A model generated the notes under the pieces. That model searched no databases. It was not told where the DNA came from and worked only from the letters and a program-made list of their open reading frames with translations. 64,000 nucleotides of DNA from the NCBI GenBank assembly GCA_963841435.1, contig CAWJCS010000002.1, positions 448,001 to 512,000 of the forward strand, written 5' to 3'. This DNA comes from an uncultured delta proteobacterium. Lineage in GTDB: Bacteria; Myxococcota_A; Polyangia; Polyangiales; Polyangiaceae. Positions 1 through 9,568 of this stretch are shown piece by piece; within the stretch, counting starts at the first letter, position 1; each line of letters starts with the position of its first letter. The translations under genes and the position numbers were made by a program.

Positions 1-547
1 ACTTGCCGTCCGTGCTCGGCGGGCTCGACCCGCACTTCGTGCAGGTGGTGTCATTCGCGGGCCAACCGCCGGCCGTGAACCCCGGCATCGCGGAGCCGCC
101 GGCGAAAACGTCCGGATAGATCGCGAGCAGCGTGTTCGTCATGCATCCGCCGGAAGACAGGCCGGCGGCGAACACTCTGTCTTTGTCACCGCCCTTGTTG
201 GTGATGACGTAGTTGACCATCTTCACGATGGCGGCGCGGTCGCCCGAGCGGCCCAGGCTCGAATCGAAGCACTGCTTCCCGGCGTCCGGCGAGACGATGT
301 AAAAACCGTTCTGGTCGGCGGCGGACTGGAACCAGGAGTGCGTGTTCGACGCGTGCCCGGTGCAGTAGTGGATGGCCACGAGGATCGCCGGTGGGCTCGC
401 GGGCGTGGTCGGCGTGTAAAGGTCCCCTTGCAGCGTGGCGCCGAACGGGGCGTTGCTCTGCCAGCTGCCAGCGTGCGCCGCAGCGGGCCACAACAGCCCG
501 GCCGCGATCGCCAGCGAACCCGCAACGTGATTCCGGATTTGGGTCAT
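1..547 (-). CDS. Secreted PHB-depolymerase-family / CE1 acetylxylan esterase-like esterase (runs off window start)
   Basis: Manual translation: MTQIRNHVAGSLAIAAGLLWPAAAHA (signal peptide) ...ILVAIHYCTG... RVFAAGLSSGGCMTNTLLAIYPDVFAGG; GxSxG nucleophile elbow. Not in the ORF track because it is open at the edge. Confidence 0.85.
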   Translation of the reverse strand, partial: MTQIRNHVAGSLAIAAGLLWPAAAHAGSWQSNAPFGATLQGDLYTPTTPASPPAILVAIHYCTGHASNTHSWFQSAADQNGFYIVSPDAGKQCFDSSLGRSGDRAAIVKMVNYVITNKGGDKDRVFAAGLSSGGCMTNTLLAIYPDVFAGGSAMPGFTAGGWPANDTTCTKCGSSPPSTDGK

Positions 548-779
548 CAAGATCTCCGCGCCGGGTCCACGACCCAACGCCAGTAAAACCAACACCCGGA
601 AAGTGCCCTGCAACCCCGCGGTGATCTTCGCATATGGCGCTACCGCATTGCCTTTTTGCGACGCCCTCGGGGGTGGCTCAGGAATTGTCCAGTAGCGGGA
701 GATCTGCGGCTCGGCCTGGTTGACGTCCCGCTCACGCTCAAGCAGGACGCCGGGTATGCTCCCTGCGATCGTGCCACCG

Positions 780-860
780 GAGGCGTGCTGCGATCACCTA
801 GCGTGCCCCTGCGTTCGAAGTAGCCGACGCCGGTTTCGTAGAGGCGCACGGTAAGGCCGC
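780..860 (-). pseudogene. Short gene remnant resembling the N-terminus of DUF4139-type proteins
   Basis: VRLYETGVGYFERRG motif, followed by sequence that does not look coding. Confidence 0.35.
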
Positions 861-910
861 GATCTGGAGGGACAGCGGAGGGGGAGGTTCCCCGACGAGG
901 GGCTCGGCCC

Positions 911-3757
911 GTGAGCGAGGCGCCGAAAAAAAAAGCCGGCTCGGTGGGATCAACGGGGCGGCAGAGCTACAATCCCCTTTCTGCGCTCAGCGCGAACGCG
1001 TCCACGCCGTTCGCCAGTCTGCAAGCGGCGATCGACTTTGCGGGAGCGCATCCCGAGGTCTCGAGCGATGTCTGCGTGGCGTCGGGTCCCGACTGTGACC
1101 TCACCGCGACTTACTTCGTGACGGGCGCCCTCGTGTTGCGCGACGGAGTCGGCGTTTACGGCGGCTACGAATCCGGAAGCTTCCAGCGCTGCCCGGGGTC
1201 GGAGACGGTGATCGACGCGGCGTCCGGAAGCCCGTCCGTCGTCTTCGACCGCCTGCCAACGGGTCCGACCACGCTCGACGGTTTTACGCTGCACCTGCCG
1301 GTGACCGTGGATCGCTCGAGCGCGATCACGCTGTCGAATCTGAAGGACGTCCCGAGCATCAACGTCGACCGTTCGACCGATCTCGTCGTCCGACGAGTCG
1401 CGGGCGTCGGGCCCGTCTTCGTCAACGCGACTAGTCCGGCATCGTTCACGGAGAGCGTCATTTCAACGCCCAGCGGCACCGCGCTCTACGTTGACGATTG
1501 CGCGATGACGATTTCGGGTAGCCAATTCTCGTCGGGCACCCTTGCCGACACGGCGATCGTCATCGAGGGGCGGCAGCCCGTCGCCTTTTCGTCGAACGTC
1601 GTCCAGTCGGCAGGCGCCGGCATCCTGGCCTGGGACGGGTACGCCGAGATTTCGGACAACACCGTCACCGCGAGCGCCACGGCGGTCCACCTCGACGGCT
1701 GTCTCGTCGGCGGCACCTGGGTTCGCAACAACGACATCACCGGCGCGACGGGGGTCGACGTTTCCGGGTGCGGCGTGGATGCGCGTGTCGTATCGAACAC
1801 GATCCGCGCAGTCGGTGGACCTCAATGGTCTTTCCCGGCCGGGATTTATTGCCAGCCCGGCTGCAGCGTGACCGACAACGACGTGCAGGTTGACGCGGTC
1901 GGTGGCCCGCTAGGGCACGTGTACGGCGTGTACCTAGAGGACCTCGATGCTGGCGAAGGCGTGGTGCTCCGAAACCGGATCAGGGTCCTCGGTTCAGGGC
2001 CGAGCTCCGGCCTGACGCTCTTCCAAGGCATGGCGGAACGAAACCGGGTGGCTGCCTCGTCTTCTGGCCCGGATGGCGAGGCCGTGCGCATCGATGTCGG
2101 AACGCTTCGAAACAACATCATCATTGGGCCGCTCCGCGTCCGCCCCTCTGGTCAGGGGAGCTCCCTGCTCGTCGAGCACAACACCGTGCACGGAGAGTTG
2201 CTGCTCGACGGAGAGGGCGGGAAGTTTTTCGGCAACGTCTTCGAGGCCACCATTCCCGTGAACCAGGGCACGGCTTGGAATTCTGCGGCGGTGTGGCCAA
2301 TCCCGCCGTGGGACGACTTCGTCGACAACGACCTCTTGCCGGGCGGAGCGACGCTCTACTCGGCCGACGGAAACGGCTCCGCTCGGATCACGTCGATCGC
2401 GACCTTCAACGCGCTCACGGCGGCGTCTCCCTACAGTTCGACGACTCTGGGCAATTTCTCCGCGGATCCACTGTTCGGCTTGGGCGATCATCTCTCCGCC
2501 GGCTCCCCCTGCATCGATCGCGGCGCGGCATCCGTGACGGGCGACATCGACATCGACGGCGAGCCCCGCAGCGGCAACAAGGACGTGGGCGCCGACGAAT
2601 ACAGCGCTGGTCCGCCCTGCGGGGGCTTCTCGTGCAACGGCCCCGGCTCGTGCCTCGACATTGGCCCCGAGCCCACCTGCTTCTGCGCTGCCGGCTACCT
2701 GAATCCGCCTGGCGATCCGCAGAGCTGCGTCGTCAATGAGTGCGCTTCGAGCCCCTGCGACCCGCTGACCACCTGTACGAACACGTTTCCCGGCTTCGCG
2801 TGCGGGCCCTGTCCGTCCGGAACCACCGGCACCGGTGACACGGAGTGCCGTGACGCCGACCAGTGTCAGGTGAACAACGGGGGCTGCGACCCGCTGACGG
2901 CCTGCATCGACGAACGCATCGGTCGAAGCTGCGGGCCGTGTCCCGCGGGGTACCTCGGCGACGGCGAGGTCGGCTGCTTCCTCGACGCCTGCAACCTGAA
3001 CAACGGCGGTTGCGATCCGCTGACCACGTGCACGCCGGGGCCGGGCGGACCGACCTGCGGCTCGTGCCCAGCGGGCTACGTCGGTGACGGCGCCACCGGT
3101 TGCATCGAGGTCGTGTGCGGAGACGTGACGTTCGTCGATGCCAAGCTCGAAGCGGCCGTGCGCGCCGCGGTGGCGACGCCGAGCGGTCCCATCACGGGCG
3201 CGCAGGTGGCGGCGCTCGGGAGCTTCTCCGCGACGGGGATGGGTATCGTCAACCTGACCGGCCTCGAGTGTTTTTCGGGCCTCACCTCGCTCGACCTTTA
3301 CCTCAACCAAATCCAATATCTATTTGCGCTCGAAACCCTGCCGCGTCTCACGACCCTGAAAGTCTCCTCCAACAAGGTTCGCTACCTCGGCTCGCTGCCG
3401 CATCTGACCAACCTGAACGTCGAATACAACCAGCTCCCCAATCTCGACGACCTCGAGTGGATGCCGAACCTTCGGACCCTGGACGTCAGCAACAACCCGC
3501 TCACCAACGTGGACGGCCTCCAGTTCTCCGGGAACATCGACTGGGTCGACCTTCGATTCACGCCACCGTGGGAGCTAGACGGCCTGCTCTCGAGCGGGAT
3601 TGGTGCCGGAGACACCGTGTACCTCGACTCGTACCTCACGCAGCCGTCGGGCTGGCCCTGCCGGTACACGTGCGCTCAGGTCGACTCTGACGTCGACGTG
3701 CTCCGGAGCTGGGGCGTGAACGTGATCAGCCCGGTGCACTGCGCACGCTGTCCCTAA
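911..3757 (+). CDS. Multidomain extracellular-type protein: parallel beta-helix, choice-of-anchor-Q-like motif, EGF-like repeats, internalin-like LRR; N-terminus probably truncated
   Basis: PFASLQAAID; beta-helix-like repeats; SPCIDRG..DIDGEPR..DVGADEY; repeated CDPLTxC..CGxCPxGYxGDG; FVDAKLEAAVR cap then LxxLxLxxNxI repeats; no signal peptide. Confidence 0.8.
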   Translation: MSEAPKKKAGSVGSTGRQSYNPLSALSANASTPFASLQAAIDFAGAHPEVSSDVCVASGPDCDLTATYFVTGALVLRDGVGVYGGYESGSFQRCPGSETVIDAASGSPSVVFDRLPTGPTTLDGFTLHLPVTVDRSSAITLSNLKDVPSINVDRSTDLVVRRVAGVGPVFVNATSPASFTESVISTPSGTALYVDDCAMTISGSQFSSGTLADTAIVIEGRQPVAFSSNVVQSAGAGILAWDGYAEISDNTVTASATAVHLDGCLVGGTWVRNNDITGATGVDVSGCGVDARVVSNTIRAVGGPQWSFPAGIYCQPGCSVTDNDVQVDAVGGPLGHVYGVYLEDLDAGEGVVLRNRIRVLGSGPSSGLTLFQGMAERNRVAASSSGPDGEAVRIDVGTLRNNIIIGPLRVRPSGQGSSLLVEHNTVHGELLLDGEGGKFFGNVFEATIPVNQGTAWNSAAVWPIPPWDDFVDNDLLPGGATLYSADGNGSARITSIATFNALTAASPYSSTTLGNFSADPLFGLGDHLSAGSPCIDRGAASVTGDIDIDGEPRSGNKDVGADEYSAGPPCGGFSCNGPGSCLDIGPEPTCFCAAGYLNPPGDPQSCVVNECASSPCDPLTTCTNTFPGFACGPCPSGTTGTGDTECRDADQCQVNNGGCDPLTACIDERIGRSCGPCPAGYLGDGEVGCFLDACNLNNGGCDPLTTCTPGPGGPTCGSCPAGYVGDGATGCIEVVCGDVTFVDAKLEAAVRAAVATPSGPITGAQVAALGSFSATGMGIVNLTGLECFSGLTSLDLYLNQIQYLFALETLPRLTTLKVSSNKVRYLGSLPHLTNLNVEYNQLPNLDDLEWMPNLRTLDVSNNPLTNVDGLQFSGNIDWVDLRFTPPWELDGLLSSGIGAGDTVYLDSYLTQPSGWPCRYTCAQVDSDVDVLRSWGVNVISPVHCARCP

Positions 3758-3813
3758 AGCGGTGGACGAGCTCGTGGCGCGGAGGACCGGCAGACATGCG
3801 GCGGCGGGGCCCT

Positions 3814-5157
3814 TTACGGCGTCGCGCTAGAAGCCGGGGGCGAAGCCGGGGGCACTGCAAGCGACGGACCCGCGGGGAGCGTTTGCTTGAAGCTGAGCCG
3901 ATCGGCGACGCTGGCCCTCTTCTTGAGGTCGTCCAGCAGAGCTTGCCCGCAGGCCTCGAAGCGCGGAGTCTTGTTGTTCGCGAATGTGCGGGAGTTTCGT
4001 TCGACCTTGACGTTGACGGTGATGGCGGGCGTGCCCGGAACGGAGCCCTCGTTCTTGGTCCAGCAGGCCAGCATGGCCGCCCTCACCTGCGCCTCGCTCG
4101 GGAACGCGGGACTGGTCTGCTTGCCCGGAAGAAGAAGATCGAACCGATCGATGTCTTGACCGAACGGCAGCCGCTGCCGAATGCCGGCGAGCACGTGCTC
4201 TGCGCAGGCTCGGAATCGAGGATGCTGATCGGGAGCGGGGCCGAGCAGAACGACGATCGGGTTCTGGGAGTTGGACGTCCAAGTGATGGCCGCGATCAGG
4301 CTAGACGCGGCTGTTTCGGCATCCGCTCCTTCGGTTTGCTTCCAGCAGTCGAGCAGACGCTGCCTGAGCTCGGCCTGGCTGGGTCGCACGGTTCGGGCGG
4401 GAGGTTGGCTCGAGGAGACGGCGGGCGCGCGATCCGTCGGGACGGCGACGGGCGACGAGCTCGCGGCAGCGCTTGGCGCGGACGGAGGCGCAACGTCAAC
4501 GGCACCGGCGTCGGAAACGGCGCCGGGCGCTAGGGGCGCGGTCGCCGACGCCGAAGGCGCCGACGCCGAAGGCTCCGTCACCCGCGAATACAGGAACAAT
4601 GCCGCGCCCGTGCCGACTGCCACGGTCCCGAGCGCCAGCACGCTCCCAAGGACCGCGGCGGCGCGCAGCGACGGCGGTCGCGACACCGTGGCGGGCTCGA
4701 AGCTCGCGCGCGGGTTGACGCTCGGGTCGAGCACGTGAATGAGGCGCTGCAGGTGGTGATAGAAGTCGGTCCCCGAGTCGATACGCATGCCGTTGTAGCG
4801 AAGAAGAGGTTGTAGGTTCGGCGGGAGCTCGGACGCGCTCGGAAGCTCGGCACCTCCGACTAGGAGCGGGATCATGCGCAGGTCACGACGCCCTAGCGCG
4901 GTCTCGATCTCCCAGCGTACCCAGTCGTCCGGATTAGCGAGGCTGCCGCCCGTCAGCCAATCGGGGCCGATGACGACGAGCAGCACCGCCGCTTGGGAAA
5001 GCGCTGCCGCGATGCGCTGTGGGAAGTGCTGCCCCGGGGGAATGTGGACGAGATCGTAAAAGATTTCGTCGCGACCGAAGTGTTGGGCCAGTCGGTCCTG
5101 GATCCTTCCCACGATGTCCGTCGACGTCCCTCTTCTATAGGAGATGAAGATCTTCAC
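3814..5157 (-). CDS. TIR-domain membrane protein (TIR, TM helix, Pro/Ala linker, two Cys-containing repeats)
   Basis: GTG start at 5157 gives KIFISYRR...VLLVVIGPDW...DDWVRWEIETAL...IPLLVGG (TIR_2-like); TM AAAVLGSVLALGTVAVGTGAALFLY; duplicated xPSxAxxRxxxLxCW...PRFxAC. Confidence 0.85.
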   Translation of the reverse strand: MKIFISYRRGTSTDIVGRIQDRLAQHFGRDEIFYDLVHIPPGQHFPQRIAAALSQAAVLLVVIGPDWLTGGSLANPDDWVRWEIETALGRRDLRMIPLLVGGAELPSASELPPNLQPLLRYNGMRIDSGTDFYHHLQRLIHVLDPSVNPRASFEPATVSRPPSLRAAAVLGSVLALGTVAVGTGAALFLYSRVTEPSASAPSASATAPLAPGAVSDAGAVDVAPPSAPSAAASSSPVAVPTDRAPAVSSSQPPARTVRPSQAELRQRLLDCWKQTEGADAETAASSLIAAITWTSNSQNPIVVLLGPAPDQHPRFRACAEHVLAGIRQRLPFGQDIDRFDLLLPGKQTSPAFPSEAQVRAAMLACWTKNEGSVPGTPAITVNVKVERNSRTFANNKTPRFEACGQALLDDLKKRASVADRLSFKQTLPAGPSLAVPPASPPASSATP

Positions 5158-5795
5158 CCAACCCAGAGGCTCGGACTGTCCTCTCCGTCCGTCAAGAGCG
5201 TGTGTGTCGGCACGGGTCCCGCTGCCGCCCGGCCGGTCGTTGACCCGGGGAAAAGCTTCTTGCCGCGCGGTCACGCTGCGATCAGCATCCCAGCATGTCG
5301 ATCGCCTCCTTCTGCTCGAGGTGGCCTGGCGCCCGATTGGCGCTCTCGTTCTCGGCGCTCGCAACGCCCCTGACGAGCTGCTCCCGCATGGACTCGAATC
5401 CTTCCTCCACCAGCAGCGCGAGCGCGACGGCAAGCCCAGGTGCAATTGCAGCCGCGCCGAGCGGATCGAGCCGGGCGTCGAGCACCACCCCACCGAGCTC
5501 GTGTGGAAATGCCCCGCCGCAAAAGGGGGCACCGTGACCGTTCTCACGGATGTCAGGTACGAGCTCTACAGCATCGGCTTCCTGAGACGTTAGAAGTGGG
5601 CGTCGCGCGGCGATTGCCCTGCGCGAAGGTCATCGCGCTTTTTGCGCAAACTCCGGCCCCATCGCGGATGGGGTTAATCGCGGCAGCGGTGCAGGGACAA
5701 ACGGCCACGCAGCCGCCGCCAAAGGAAACGCCGGCAGGCCACGCGTGGGATACCGGGGTAGACAGAGCCTTCCACCTCGACAAGGAGCCTTCGCA

Positions 5796-6167
5796 ATGAA
5801 ACGGGACGAACGATCATCGCAGTCCGACTCCGCTCCGGGCCGCTCGACACCTCTGGCGCCGACGATGACACGACGCGCCGCTCTCGGGCGCGTGCTCGCG
5901 CTCCCTCTGGTCGCCGCGCTCCCCGCTGGCGTCGTCGCCTGCTCGCGGGGCCCGCACTGCGACGAAACCGGCAATCTTTCCGCGGATGACGTGCGCACGA
6001 GAACGGAGATTGCCGTCTACGTCGAGAAATCTTCCGATCCCAAAAAACATTGCTCGGGCTGCGTTCAGTTCCAGCCGGTGGGCGAGGACGAGTGCGGAAC
6101 CTGCAAGGTCGTCAAGGGCCCCATCAACCCGCAAGGCAGCTGCAAGCTATTCCAGGCGAAGGCGTGA
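5796..6167 (+). CDS. High-potential iron-sulfur protein (HiPIP), Tat-exported lipoprotein
   Basis: AAGGAG RBS; MTRRAALG Tat motif; VVAC lipobox; CSGC...CKVVKGPINPQGSC HiPIP Cys pattern. Confidence 0.85.
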   Translation: MKRDERSSQSDSAPGRSTPLAPTMTRRAALGRVLALPLVAALPAGVVACSRGPHCDETGNLSADDVRTRTEIAVYVEKSSDPKKHCSGCVQFQPVGEDECGTCKVVKGPINPQGSCKLFQAKA

Positions 6168-6238
6168 CCTCGGCCGGCGCGATCGCGTCTGGCTTGCCCG
6201 CCGAGCCATCGGACGACGGGGCGTTCCGATCGGACTGT

Positions 6239-7580
6239 CTACGTCAGATTCGTGAGCGGCGCGTCGCAGTACAGTGGGTCGCCGAAGGTGGTGCGTGGGT
6301 CGCCGAACAGGTTCAGGATCGCGACCAGGAGGTCGTTGTGGGACGCCCCGCCGTAGCGAACCCAGCGACCGGTGCGTAGGCCGCCGCCGCTGCCGGCGAG
6401 CAGGAACGGCATGTCGTCCTTCTTGTGGGTAGGGGGGTCCCGAATTTGGCTGCCGAAGAAGACGACGCTCTCGTCGAGCAGTGAATGGCCGCCCATGTCG
6501 ACGCTTTCCATCTGCCTCAAGAGGTACGCGTGCTGCTCCATGTACCAGGTGCCGATCTGCTCGCACTCCGTGGGATGGTAGCCGCCGTCGCTCTGGTAAT
6601 ACGCGTAGGTCTCGCCGAGACCCAGCCACGGAAAGGTGTGCTTCGCTTCCGAGTCGCTCCACTGCAGGGTTCCGACCGCCGTCAGGTCGCAGGCGAGCGC
6701 CATCACGAGCATGTCGGTCATGAACTTGCCGACGGCGGGGATCATGGCGTCGGTTTCCGGGGCCTTGATGCTGCCGTCGTCCGCAGAATTGAGCCCTTCC
6801 AGCGGATTGTACGGAGACGTGTCGACCAGCGCGGGCTGCGCGCAGCCCGCGACGCTGCCGAGCGAGCTCTCGAGCTCGCGGATTTTCGTCAGGTGCTGTT
6901 CGAGCCGCGCGCGGTCCTCGGCCCCGAGGCGCGCGGCGAGCTTTGCGTACCGGCGGTCCACGGCGTCCAGAATCGATTTGTCCCACGCGAGGTCGGGGCT
7001 CGGGCCGGCGCCGAAAAGGGCCTGCCAGATTGTCGCGGGATTCGAGCTCCGGCGCAACCGGGCCGAAGCCCGCCTGGTCCTCGAAGTTCACGATGTCGAT
7101 CGGACTGACGAGGCCGTGCGCCTTGCCCGTCCCCCAGCGCACCGCTTGGCTCAGGCTCCCGAGAGGGCGGCCGCTCCCGAGACGGGTTGCGAGCACCTGG
7201 TCGATCGACGGACCGTGCCCAAAGCCGTACGTTCCCGCTTGCACCTGCGGGGTGCCCGTCAGCCACGCGACCATGCCTGCCTGGTTCTGCTCGCCGATCG
7301 CGCTCTTCATGTCAACGCCGTCGACCACGATGATGCGATCCTTGACGGGAGCGAACGGCGTGAGGATGGGGCTCAGCGCGAAGTCCGTCTCGCTCCCGGT
7401 CGGGCGCCAGCGATCGAGCACCGTGCCGCCGGGGTTGTAGACGGCGACGAAGCGCTCGGCGAACCCCGGGGCCGCGCGCGAGCTTCGCTCCGGCTCCATG
7501 ATCTCGAGCCAGGGGAGCGCGATCGCGACGCCCGCCGCTCCTCGCAAGACCGCGCGCCGACTCAGCTTCGCTCTGCGCAT
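6239..7580 (-). CDS. DUF1552-family Tat-exported protein #1; +1 frameshift near 7041
   Basis: LSRRAVLRGAAGVAIALPWLE; PSIDQVLA; KSILDAV..RLGAEDRARLEQHL; ALACDLT; SLLDES; MPFLLAG. Removing one A (GAAT to GAT) joins ORFs 6147..7580 and 6239..7057 as ELDPATIWQALF. Confidence 0.85.
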
Positions 7581-9412
7581 CAGAACACCTCGCTTCGCGG
7601 CCGGTAGCGGAAGGCATCGGTCTGGATGAGCGCCACCAAAAGCTCCTTGAGGTTGCCGTTCGTCCGGACGAACGCAGCGTCCAGCGCCGAAAGCGAGCAG
7701 GCGTCCGCGTTCGTGGAGAGCCGGCCCGCGGCAAACTCGAACCAGTCGCGCTGAAAGCAGCGTGCCGCGTCGGCGCTGTCAGCGAGGCGCTGCTCGAGCT
7801 CGAGGGCGCCATCGAACGTGCCCGCTGCGTCCGTATCGAAGATCTCTCCGGTCGCGTCGATCGCGTGACCGTTTTCGGTGTCGCGAAAGAGCCCCGCGGA
7901 GTCGTAATGCTCGAACGCGAAGCCCAGCGGATCGATGATCCGATGGCAGGCGGCACAGGCGGGATCGGCGGAGTGCTGGGCGTAGCGTTCCCGCGTCGTC
8001 GCGTCGTCCGGCGGCGACCCGGGCGGTGGGACTGCCCCGTGGGCAGGTGGCGGAGGCAGGTCGAAACAGAGAAAGCGCCGCAACACGATGAGACCTCGCG
8101 CCACGGGACGCGTCACGGTGGCGGTCGCCGTAGCAGCCATGATCGACGCCTGCGTCAGCAGGCCGCCGCGCTGCGTCGGATCGACGTCCACTTTGCGGAG
8201 CTCGTCGCCCGTGACGTTGGGGATCCCGTAGAAGGCCGCGAGCGGGCCGTTGACCCACGTGTGGGGCGCAGTCAGAAGCTCGCGGAAATCGCCGCCGGAA
8301 TCGAACGTGAGGTCGGCGACGAAGGCCGCGGTTTCCTGGGGTAGGAGCCGTGCGATGTCCTCGGTGAACGACGGATGCTCCGCGCTGTCGAGCGCCGGGT
8401 AGCTCGCCCCGCTGAGCGGCAACAAGATCGAGTAGAAGCGCTCGAGCGAAGCGCGCGCGCGGGGGTCGGCGAGCAGGCGGCGCGCTTGAGCCTCGACCGC
8501 CTCGTCGTTGCGGAGCTCGTCGGCTTCCGCGGCGGCAAGCAACCCGTCGTCGGGAGTCGAACCCCAGAGCAGATACGAGAGCCGGGTCGCCATCTCGTAC
8601 GAGCTCGGGCGAGCCCAGGATGGCCCCCGGTCGTCGTCCGGCACGCCCATCTCGATGCGATACAAAAAGTCGGGCGACTGGAGCGCCACCTCGATGACGG
8701 CGCGCACGCCGCTCGCGAAGTCACCGCCGAGTCGCTCGCCTTCGGCCTGCACGGACGCGAAGTCCGTCGCGTCCTCCTCGTCCAAGGGTCGCCGGAGCAC
8801 GCGCGACAGGAACGGGCCGAGCACGGCCGTGCGACAGGCCTGTTCGCCCTGGATCGACACGTCGCACCCGATCTGCGAAGCAAGCTCCGCCGGGTCACTG
8901 GTCAAACGCACCGCGAGGTCGTGGGCGATCCGATGATAGGTCTCGACGTGTTCGAGCGTGACGACCCGGGCTTCGGCGTCGAAGCCGACAACGTCGGGCG
9001 GCAGGGTGGAGCCTGCACCGCTCTCGTCGCCGAAGAGATCGCGAACGGTGTTGTCGTACTCGACGTTCGAGAGGTGGCGGAGCGGTGCGTTGGCCGGGCT
9101 CGGTGGCGGGCACTCGAGCACCGGTCCCTCGCCGGCCGCATTGCCGGCACCCGCTTCGCCGCCCGTGCCGTCCCCAGCGCTGCCGCCCGCCAGCGTTCCA
9201 CCAGAGCCGCCGGTCGCGGCCGATGCGCCACCCGTCCCACCCGAGCCGCCGCCCGCGCCCGACGCTCCGGCGGACGCCCCGTGCCCCCCACTTCCGGTGA
9301 CCATCCTCGAGCTGCCGCCGCAGCCCACCAGCAGGGCGAGCCCCACGGCACAGGCCGCCGCCCGAACCAGTGGGCCTCGGGATGCTTCCTCGTTCAATGC
9401 CTCGACTCCCAC
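7580..9412 (-). CDS. DUF1587/1595/1592/1588/1585 (PSD/PSCyt) lipoprotein #1 with CxxCH
   Basis: LLVGC lipobox, Gly-rich linker, LRHLSNVEYDNTVRDL, LQSPDFLYR, YEMATRLSYLLW, RGGLLTQ, CAACHRIIDPLGFAFEHYD; start estimated. Confidence 0.88.
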   Translation of the reverse strand: MGVEALNEEASRGPLVRAAACAVGLALLVGCGGSSRMVTGSGGHGASAGASGAGGGSGGTGGASAATGGSGGTLAGGSAGDGTGGEAGAGNAAGEGPVLECPPPSPANAPLRHLSNVEYDNTVRDLFGDESGAGSTLPPDVVGFDAEARVVTLEHVETYHRIAHDLAVRLTSDPAELASQIGCDVSIQGEQACRTAVLGPFLSRVLRRPLDEEDATDFASVQAEGERLGGDFASGVRAVIEVALQSPDFLYRIEMGVPDDDRGPSWARPSSYEMATRLSYLLWGSTPDDGLLAAAEADELRNDEAVEAQARRLLADPRARASLERFYSILLPLSGASYPALDSAEHPSFTEDIARLLPQETAAFVADLTFDSGGDFRELLTAPHTWVNGPLAAFYGIPNVTGDELRKVDVDPTQRGGLLTQASIMAATATATVTRPVARGLIVLRRFLCFDLPPPPAHGAVPPPGSPPDDATTRERYAQHSADPACAACHRIIDPLGFAFEHYDSAGLFRDTENGHAIDATGEIFDTDAAGTFDGALELEQRLADSADAARCFQRDWFEFAAGRLSTNADACSLSALDAAFVRTNGNLKELLVALIQTDAFRYRPRSEVF

Positions 9413-9568
9413 GGTGCCTCTCAAGAGACGAGCAGCGGGGGCCAAATGGGTCACATTTCGTGCTGTCGGTCGAACGCCGCGTCGGGAGCTTGCGCGACCT
9501 CGACGCCCAGCGCGCGGAGCGCTGGCCCGACTTGCTGAACGGGGCCTCCGCGTGCGACTCTCGCTATC

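Noticed and set aside
1994-3316. Long antisense and alternative-frame ORFs (also 21592..22890, 41097..43199, 45686..47356, 55198..57228, 63122..63952)
   Set aside because: They overlap well-supported genes, are Arg/Ala/Pro-rich and lack motifs, as expected for high-GC shadows
3814-5157. Thoeris or other named defence system
   Set aside because: No ThsA-like effector or other defence genes nearby
5144-5593. Plus-strand ORF between the TIR and HiPIP genes
   Set aside because: The 3' half looks partly coding, but there is no clear start or family, so it was not called
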